Source: an uncultured Thermoplasmatales archaeon (GTDB taxonomy: Archaea > Thermoplasmatota > E2 > UBA202 > DSCA01). From it: 60,423 nucleotides of DNA. Under the pieces are notes generated by a model that searched no databases, was not told where the DNA came from, and was given only the letters and a program-made list of their open reading frames with translations. Below are positions 54,286 through 60,423 of the stretch, piece by piece; the first letter of the stretch is position 1; each line of letters opens with the position of its first letter. The stretch is from NCBI GenBank assembly GCA_964514975.1, contig CAZESS010000013.1, positions 1 through 60,423 on the forward strand, given 5' to 3'. The translations under genes were made by a program, and so were the position numbers.

Positions 54286-55449
54286 ATGAACGAGCGTTCA
54301 CTGTTTTGGCGCCATCGGGTGCTCTGCATCGCCACGGCCATGCTGGTCACGTCGACCTGTTTCGCCGGCGTGCACGCCGACATCGCGCAGCCCGTAACCG
54401 GATATGTCGACGGCTACGAGGACATATCCGTCGGCGAGGCATACAGCCTGCTGAGCAACACGTCCAACGGCGTCCAGATACCCATCGACGTGCGGACGGA
54501 CAGCGAATGGCGCAGCGAGCGAATCGACACCCCATATCCGGAGTTCCCCCGACATTTTCCTATCTCGCAGTTAAGCGGGAGCGGCATCCAGGAGTTCAAG
54601 GCACGCTACGGCGGCCAAACCATCATCTTGTACTGCAAAAGCGGCGGGCGGAGCAGCAGCGCCGCGCAGACCCTTGCCGACAATGGCTTCACCGGCACGC
54701 TCTACAACATGGAGGGCGGCATCACCGCCTGGAAAAACGCCGGCTATCCCACCCGGGCCGGTAACACGGCGCCCGACGTTCCGGCGCGGCCGTCCGGCCC
54801 CTCATCCGTCCACGCCGGCTACCAGGTTTCATATACCACGATGGCGGCCGACCCGGACGGCGACCCCGTCCGCTATGGATGGGACTGGGACGGCGACGGC
54901 ACCGTCGACGAATGGACCGGCTACCAGCCCGAGGGCACCACGACAACCGCCTATCAGGCATGGACGCAGCCCGGCTCCTACCAGGTCAGCGTACAAAGCC
55001 AGGACACCGTCGGCGACGAAAGCGAGTTTTCCCCCGTGCTCACCATCACGGTCGACGATGAGGAAAACAGTGCCCCTGCACCACCGGAAATCGACGGGCC
55101 GTCACGGGGAAAAGCAGGAGAACAACACGAGTACACGTTCACCGTGTCCGACCCCGACGGCGACCAGATATACATCTGGGTGGAATGGGGCGGCGGCTGT
55201 CCCGCCGTGCAATGGCGCGGTCCCTATGACAGCGGCGACGCCATATCACTGACGAACACGTGGAACGACACCGGAACATATCTCGTCAAAGCCCGCGCCA
55301 GGGACATCTACAACGAGCAGAGCGACTGGGGTACCCTCGAGGTCACCATGCCCTTCACCCAGGTATATGCCGATGCCTGGGATGCATGGGAATACATCAG
55401 GGCGTGGTTCGTCGGGATAACCGGACGGCAGCTCCTCCCGCAGCTCTAG
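54286..55449 (+). CDS. Secreted rhodanese-domain protein with two PKD/Ig-like domains
   Basis: IDVRT..EW, LYCKSGGRS, MEGGITAW; DPDGD..Y..DW repeats. Confidence 0.85.
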   Translation: MNERSLFWRHRVLCIATAMLVTSTCFAGVHADIAQPVTGYVDGYEDISVGEAYSLLSNTSNGVQIPIDVRTDSEWRSERIDTPYPEFPRHFPISQLSGSGIQEFKARYGGQTIILYCKSGGRSSSAAQTLADNGFTGTLYNMEGGITAWKNAGYPTRAGNTAPDVPARPSGPSSVHAGYQVSYTTMAADPDGDPVRYGWDWDGDGTVDEWTGYQPEGTTTTAYQAWTQPGSYQVSVQSQDTVGDESEFSPVLTITVDDEENSAPAPPEIDGPSRGKAGEQHEYTFTVSDPDGDQIYIWVEWGGGCPAVQWRGPYDSGDAISLTNTWNDTGTYLVKARARDIYNEQSDWGTLEVTMPFTQVYADAWDAWEYIRAWFVGITGRQLLPQL

Positions 55450-55868
55450 CCGTCATCCTCGCCGTCGCTGTACAGCGAGTTGAGCACCTTGCAGACCACC
55501 GGATATATCTCAAATTTGGAAAACTTCTCGTCCCCGTTGTTCGACAGCGCCGCCATGACCTGGCCAACCGTCGGCTTCTCCGGAAATTTTTTTACGGTGT
55601 CCAGCACCTGCTCCTCTATCGTGGAATACTTCTGAGCATACGAAATGTGCTCATGGATTTCCTTGATAACAGCCACTATTTCCACGGAGGACAGAATGAG
55701 CACGATGGATGAAAGGAAAATAAGCGTGATCTTATGGTGCGTCCAGGCATAGTAAAAAATATCCGCGTCGATGATGAGCACGACAAACGGGATAAAGAGG
55801 ACGACCCGTTCCCATTTCGTCGTCGTCACGAGCTCTCTGCATATTTGCCTGACCAGTCTATGACGCAT
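55446..55868 (-). CDS. Two-TM hypothetical protein
   Basis: Two hydrophobic helices and a soluble C-terminus; start uncertain. Confidence 0.65.
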   Translation of the reverse strand: MRHRLVRQICRELVTTTKWERVVLFIPFVVLIIDADIFYYAWTHHKITLIFLSSIVLILSSVEIVAVIKEIHEHISYAQKYSTIEEQVLDTVKKFPEKPTVGQVMAALSNNGDEKFSKFEIYPVVCKVLNSLYSDGEDDG

Positions 55869-55981
55869 TCTAGGTGGCAATACTGTACATATGTAAAAGG
55901 TTATCGTGCCCGCAAGCGTCTTCACGCTGCCTGTCGTTTATTGAGCAGTATGTTTTTTTACCCCATCGCCGTTATAACGTG

Positions 55982-56386
55982 ATGACCCGCTACGAAATCA
56001 TCAAGATTAAGGAAGACGGGAAAATAACGTTTCCATCGGACTGTGCCGTCCAGATTGGTATCGTAAAAGGGGCATATTTTTTGCTGGAGGTCAGCCCGGA
56101 TTTGAACGAAACACGGCTGGAGCGGGTGGCGCTCCCCGGCAAAAACCTTGCAGAAGTCGAGCTCCTCCTCAAAGACGAACCAGGCGTTCTATCAACGATA
56201 AGCAGCGTTTTCGCACGGCACAAGGTCAACATACTTTTCAACGAAAGCGAGGAAATCAGCGATAAGGAGGCCGTACTGATAGCCGTGATAGATATCAACG
56301 ATATGGACACCACGCTGGAAGAACTGCAGGAAGAAACATCTGCCCAGGACGCGGTCATCGAGATGTCAGTAAAAAAGCTGGACTAG
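55982..56386 (+). CDS. AbrB-like plus ACT-domain regulator
   Basis: KIKEDGKITFP...GI..G AbrB-like start; KDEPGVLSTIS..FARHKVNI ACT motif. Confidence 0.8.
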   Translation: MTRYEIIKIKEDGKITFPSDCAVQIGIVKGAYFLLEVSPDLNETRLERVALPGKNLAEVELLLKDEPGVLSTISSVFARHKVNILFNESEEISDKEAVLIAVIDINDMDTTLEELQEETSAQDAVIEMSVKKLD

Positions 56387-57913
56387 GAACAGGACGATAA
56401 CGAAAACGAACGTTCCCGTGTACAGGTTAATCTCCCGGCCAAGGCCGTCAACTGTAAACAGGGAGGGCATGGTTTTCCTGAACAATCCCAGATATCGAAG
56501 GGAAAAAAACACTGCTACCGCTATCACGATGAGCACGGCATCCAGATATTTTAGCCGGGGATACCAGTATACTCCGAAAATGAGCGTCAGCAGCGCCAGC
56601 GAAACCGTCGCTAGCTTTTCAAGATACGAAGCCGTCGAAGCCCTCATGCTTCGTGTCCCCGGCTGTAGAAGCCTGTAATTAAGTTTCATAAACGAGACCA
56701 GCGTGCCAATCCCTGCCATGTAAAACAGATATACCTGGACGCCGGTGAGATTCGACAGCAACTGGTTTTTACAGAACCCACCGATAAACGGGGAAACGCC
56801 GCCGATGGCTAAACTGAGCATGACAATGGCAACCATAATAATCGGGCTGCCCCGATATGACAGCTCATCCAGATTTGTTGTACGCTGTGCACGTGCCAGC
56901 GTGCCAACCCCAAGAAACAACCCGGATTTAAACAACGTATGGGCAAATGCATAAAAAATAGCGGCATCAACATCACCGGTTGCAATCCCCAGCAGAACAA
57001 ATCCCATCTGGGAAACGGTATGATACGCCAACAATTTTTTTGCGTTATTTTGAAGGACGGCCATAAATATACCGAAAAACATGGAGGCAAAAGCAATCAC
57101 AACCAAAAGATCAGCAAAAAATCCTATCCCCAAATATACCAGTAACAATATAGCGCCATACATCGGCACCTTGACAACCACGCCCGACAGCACAGCGCTT
57201 ATCGGAGCATCCGCTTTTGCATGTGCCTCGGGAAGCCAAAAATGGAGCGGGAAAACCCCCGCCTTGACAAGCAGAGACACCAGCGCAATGGCGACAGCCG
57301 CCCGTATCTCTTCCGACATCACCATGTTATCCCGGATGAGGACAAGGTTGAGGTAGCCCGTTTTCGCATATATTATGCCGATCGCGAAAATAAAAAAGAA
57401 CGACGAGATAAGATACAGCATCAAATATCGATACGACGCCCGTTTCGCTCCCGTCTCGCCGGAGCAGGATACAAGGATTATGGAAGAAAGCGAGGCTATT
57501 TCCATGTACACATAAAAATTGAAAAGATCGCTGCTCACGAGCGCCCCCAGTATCCCGCCGTGCAGCAATACCATCAGGGGCAGGATGTATTTGACGGAGA
57601 CACCGTTTGACCTGTCCCTGTCGGCATAGTAGTGCAGGGAATACAGCCCAACAAGCGAAAACACGATCAACTCGCCGAGGATAAAATAGTAATTGTATTC
57701 GTTCAACACGATCTCGATGCCCGAAATCCGTTCCCATCCCCCAACGATAGCGCTCACGGGCATACCCCCGATGTTCAAAAGAAAAACAGGCCAGGGAGAC
57801 ACAATGCCCAGCATAAAAAGCAACCTGTATATCCGGTGGTCTGCCCTGAACGCGTTTACAAGCGTGGCCAGGAAGGCAAACAACAGCGGGAGTGCCACGA
57901 TAAAGGGAATCAT
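56366..57913 (-). CDS. mnhD: Mrp antiporter subunit D (MbhH-like)
   Basis: SDLFNFYVYMEI, KAGVFPLHFWLPEAH, KKLLAYHTVSQMG, HTLFKSGLF. Confidence 0.92.
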   Translation of the reverse strand: MIPFIVALPLLFAFLATLVNAFRADHRIYRLLFMLGIVSPWPVFLLNIGGMPVSAIVGGWERISGIEIVLNEYNYYFILGELIVFSLVGLYSLHYYADRDRSNGVSVKYILPLMVLLHGGILGALVSSDLFNFYVYMEIASLSSIILVSCSGETGAKRASYRYLMLYLISSFFFIFAIGIIYAKTGYLNLVLIRDNMVMSEEIRAAVAIALVSLLVKAGVFPLHFWLPEAHAKADAPISAVLSGVVVKVPMYGAILLLVYLGIGFFADLLVVIAFASMFFGIFMAVLQNNAKKLLAYHTVSQMGFVLLGIATGDVDAAIFYAFAHTLFKSGLFLGVGTLARAQRTTNLDELSYRGSPIIMVAIVMLSLAIGGVSPFIGGFCKNQLLSNLTGVQVYLFYMAGIGTLVSFMKLNYRLLQPGTRSMRASTASYLEKLATVSLALLTLIFGVYWYPRLKYLDAVLIVIAVAVFFSLRYLGLFRKTMPSLFTVDGLGREINLYTGTFVFVIVLFLVQLFY

Positions 57914-58227
57914 GAGCCATCCTCCTTTATGCGCATTATGAGCGCCAGGCCAAACGAGGTAATGGCAACGTCGATGACAAGTGTCGTGAGCATCAGCGTA
58001 GCCGGGAGCGGGTCAACCATTACAGCACTTGAGATAAGGGGCGCCTCTCCACCCGCCACGTATCCGATATTTGTGAAATACAGCACCACGCCGGTAGAGA
58101 TGACGTTCACCGAGATTACCTGCTTGACAAGATTCGTTTTTGTCATCAGTCCATACAGGCCGATGAGCACCAGCACGATGCCGGTGGTCTCCCCTGTCAG
58201 GTATCCGCCGGTCAATGACTCAAGCAC
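57910..58227 (-). CDS. mnhC: Mrp subunit C (MbhG-like)
   Basis: GLYGL..KTNLVK, VDPLP.TLMLT..VI. Confidence 0.92.
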   Translation of the reverse strand: MLESLTGGYLTGETTGIVLVLIGLYGLMTKTNLVKQVISVNVISTGVVLYFTNIGYVAGGEAPLISSAVMVDPLPATLMLTTLVIDVAITSFGLALIMRIKEDGS

Positions 58228-58642
58228 GTTCCGCCCTCCTGAGCAACATGTAGAACAGCAGGGTGAAAGCTACCCCTACCTCGAGACCAATGATGCTGTT
58301 TACCAGCGCGACGGTTCCTCCGCTGAACAGCGTCCCCGGTGTGCCTCCTTTCAGAAAGTTGTAAAAGAACGAGCCGCCGATGACGCCCGCACATGCCAGT
58401 GCGATCAGCAGCACAATGGAGGTGCTTTCAATCAGCCTGACCATTTCCAGTCTGAATTTCTTTCGGACCGTGGTATATCCATGCGAGGTTATCAGCAGAA
58501 TCACGCTGACCGCCAGGATGACCCCGCCCTGGAAGCCACCCCCCGGGCTCACATGTCCATGTATTATGAGATAGGCCCCATAGGTTACCAGAAACGGCGA
58601 CACGAGCTTTGCGCTGTTCCGGACGATGGATGACATCTTCAT
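58220..58642 (-). CDS. mnhB: Mrp subunit B (MbhF-like)
   Basis: HGHVSPGGGFQGG, SGG. Confidence 0.92.
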   Translation of the reverse strand: MKMSSIVRNSAKLVSPFLVTYGAYLIIHGHVSPGGGFQGGVILAVSVILLITSHGYTTVRKKFRLEMVRLIESTSIVLLIALACAGVIGGSFFYNFLKGGTPGTLFSGGTVALVNSIIGLEVGVAFTLLFYMLLRRAERA

Positions 58643-58887
58643 CTGTCTCGCCTCCCCAGGGCCATGTACACGCCCAGGATTGCGGTGAAAAGGACGATGG
58701 CTTCCCCCATCGTGTCATACGCCCGCCAGTCTGCGAGTACGGATGCGACCAGGTTGCTTATCCCGACCTCTTCCGGATGCGAAACGTAGTACGCATAGCT
58801 CCCGTTTCCCTCCCGGGAATAGTCGAGCTGGAGCACCAGCGCGGCGAGGACGACCAGGAGCACAAATGCGATTACCTGTTTTTTGAT
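58639..58887 (-). CDS. Mrp subunit, MbhE-like (start ATC 58887 or GTG 58863)
   Basis: NLVASVLADWRAYDTMGE. Confidence 0.85.
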   Translation of the reverse strand: MKKQVIAFVLLVVLAALVLQLDYSREGNGSYAYYVSHPEEVGISNLVASVLADWRAYDTMGEAIVLFTAILGVYMALGRRDR

Positions 58888-59114
58888 GTGCTCACCTCCT
58901 CGATGGTATACAAAAAGATGCCGATGAGCACTGCGCTGACCACGATGGCGGAGAGCGCCACGTCAGGTGCCTTCAACTGGAACAGGGCAACGGTGAGCAT
59001 GAGATTGAGCAGGGCGAAGGCGATAACCGCCCGTAGCAGGTTTCTCTGCTCGATGACGACGACGGCGAGCAGCATCATGGCGATGAGCACAATTTCATGG
59101 ATTATCCCGAGCAT
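58872..59114 (-). CDS. Mrp subunit, MbhD/DUF4040-like
   Basis: RNLLRAVI, LKAPDVAL. Confidence 0.88.
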   Translation of the reverse strand: MLGIIHEIVLIAMMLLAVVVIEQRNLLRAVIAFALLNLMLTVALFQLKAPDVALSAIVVSAVLIGIFLYTIEEVSTSKNR

Positions 59115-59409
59115 ACATATCCACCTCTCCTTTTGGCTTAACGCCTGATTTATGGGCACCCCGTGCGATGGCGTGTGACACCATGGGGTTGATCATCACG
59201 ATGAGAAACGTCAGCACCAGCAGCTTCACTTTCACCATCGTGGGCGCCGGGATTATCAGCGCCGTCGCGACCAGGATGCTCATGGCCCCGCCCGTATCGC
59301 ACTTCGTCGAAGCATGCAGCCGGGTGTAGACGTCGGGAAAGCGAAGTATCCCCAGCGCGCCCAGCACCATGATGGCTGCTCCCAGCAGCAGCAGTACATA
59401 TTCAATCAT
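59095..59409 (-). CDS. mnhG: Mrp subunit G (MbhC-like)
   Basis: GILRFPDVYTRLHASTK, NPMVSHAIARGA. Confidence 0.93.
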   Translation of the reverse strand: MIEYVLLLLGAAIMVLGALGILRFPDVYTRLHASTKCDTGGAMSILVATALIIPAPTMVKVKLLVLTFLIVMINPMVSHAIARGAHKSGVKPKGEVDMYARDNP

Positions 59410-59686
59410 CTTTTTTCCCCCTCTCGAAATGTTTGGCGAGGATGAGACCGCCCACCGCGTTCACCATGATGAGCACGATGGCCAGGTCGATCAAAAAATA
59501 TTCCTCCAGAAACCCGGCCATCAGCGCGATGACCACCACAACTTTCGTTGTGATGGTGTTGAGGCCGACGATTCTGTCGGGCATGGTGGGACCGGTGAGC
59601 ACCCGGTAGAACAGGATGAGGCTGGTGGCCAGCAGGACGAGTATCGTCCACCCGAGCGGGTTTACCAGAAAATCTTCCCCAGCCAT
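59402..59686 (-). CDS. mnhF: Mrp subunit F (MbhB-like)
   Basis: YRVLTGPTMPDRIVGL. Confidence 0.92.
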   Translation of the reverse strand: MAGEDFLVNPLGWTILVLLATSLILFYRVLTGPTMPDRIVGLNTITTKVVVVIALMAGFLEEYFLIDLAIVLIMVNAVGGLILAKHFERGKKDD

Positions 59687-60267
59687 CTCTCCACGTCTCC
59701 CTTTATTTCATCTCCTGCTTTGTCCATGTTCATGGTTTTCAGATGTATCCAGTGCACATACAGATAGGTCCTGTCCATTTTTTTCGCCAGGTCGATGGTC
59801 AGCGTTCCCGGGGTTAACGTGATGGAGTTGGCCAGCAGCGTGGTTCCCGTGTTGGAGCGCAGGTCGGTTTCTATCCGTACGATGCCGGGATTGATGTCCA
59901 GAAGCAGCGCGTGCTTGGCGACCCTGAAGTTGCTTTCCAGCAGCTGGAATATCATAATGAACACGTACTGCGGAAGATGAATGAACAATAGCGCGAGGAT
60001 TTTTTTGGCGAGGCTTCCCTCACATCGCAGGTCATCGGTCAGGTTTTCATACATAAATGAAGCGATGATCAACGCGATGGCTCCACCGATCAGCAGGCTT
60101 TGCCAGGAAAGGTCGCCGCTGACGATAAGCCAAAAAAGCAGAATGGCGATCCATGTCAGGATGATTTTTTCCGATTTAGGCACCCGTTTACAGTACAATT
60201 TTTCCTGAGTATATCTGTTTTTAACCTGCTCGATGCGTTCCTTCAGGTAAAAAGATATCCTGCTCAT
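59662..60267 (-). CDS. mnhE: Mrp subunit E (MbhA-like)
   Basis: INPGIV, LANSITLTPGTLT, LYVHW. Confidence 0.93.
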   Translation of the reverse strand: MSRISFYLKERIEQVKNRYTQEKLYCKRVPKSEKIILTWIAILLFWLIVSGDLSWQSLLIGGAIALIIASFMYENLTDDLRCEGSLAKKILALLFIHLPQYVFIMIFQLLESNFRVAKHALLLDINPGIVRIETDLRSNTGTTLLANSITLTPGTLTIDLAKKMDRTYLYVHWIHLKTMNMDKAGDEIKGDVERWLGKIFW

Positions 60268-60423
60268 AACACGTGGTTATATGTTGAGAGCCGGTTTATA
60301 CTTTTTGGAAAAACCATCCACATCATCTCCTCTGCACCTTGCCATTTATAGAGAAGAACGCCTTATACCCCAAGTTTGACACTTTGCACAGCTAATTTTG
60401 CCGGGAAAATAAGTTTGACAGTA

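Noticed and set aside
1-60423. CRISPR arrays, rRNA genes, IS transposases, inteins, Sec/Pyl read-through
   Set aside because: No regularly spaced repeats, rRNA-like tracts, transposase motifs, intein termini or in-frame stops within conserved domains were seen

Overview
A high-GC archaeal chromosomal segment. Archaeal markers are TBP, GatE, Taw1/TYW1, CCA-less tRNA genes and a bulge-helix-bulge tRNA intron. Secreted gingipain-like (C25) and clostripain-like (C11) proteases suggest an uncultured Thermoplasmatota such as the MBG-D/DHVEG-1 group (inference). It holds about 55 CDS, five tRNA genes (Val-UAC, Gln-CUG, Gly-UCC, Leu-UAG, intron-containing initiator Met) and a probable partial SRP RNA at the left edge. 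Larger modules are a type IV pilus-like set with a HerA-like ATPase, an MbhA-H-type Mrp antiporter operon and a ~9.8-kb low-GC island in tRNA-Gly. The most striking feature is a full-length bacterial-type glutaminyl-tRNA synthetase (GlnRS) gene 48 bp downstream of an archaeal tRNA-Gln(CUG) that has a bacterial-style G73 discriminator, while an apparently intact gatE lies in the same window. Both the direct and the indirect Gln-tRNA routes therefore appear to coexist in an archaeon. Other notable items are an HhH-MCM ATPase fusion next to tbp and a repeat-rich intergenic region, an unannotated L37e-like zinc-finger ORF, a kinase-less HisKA membrane protein, two probable non-canonical start codons and repeated strand-skew flips. 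All family calls come from motif recognition by eye; no database searches were run.
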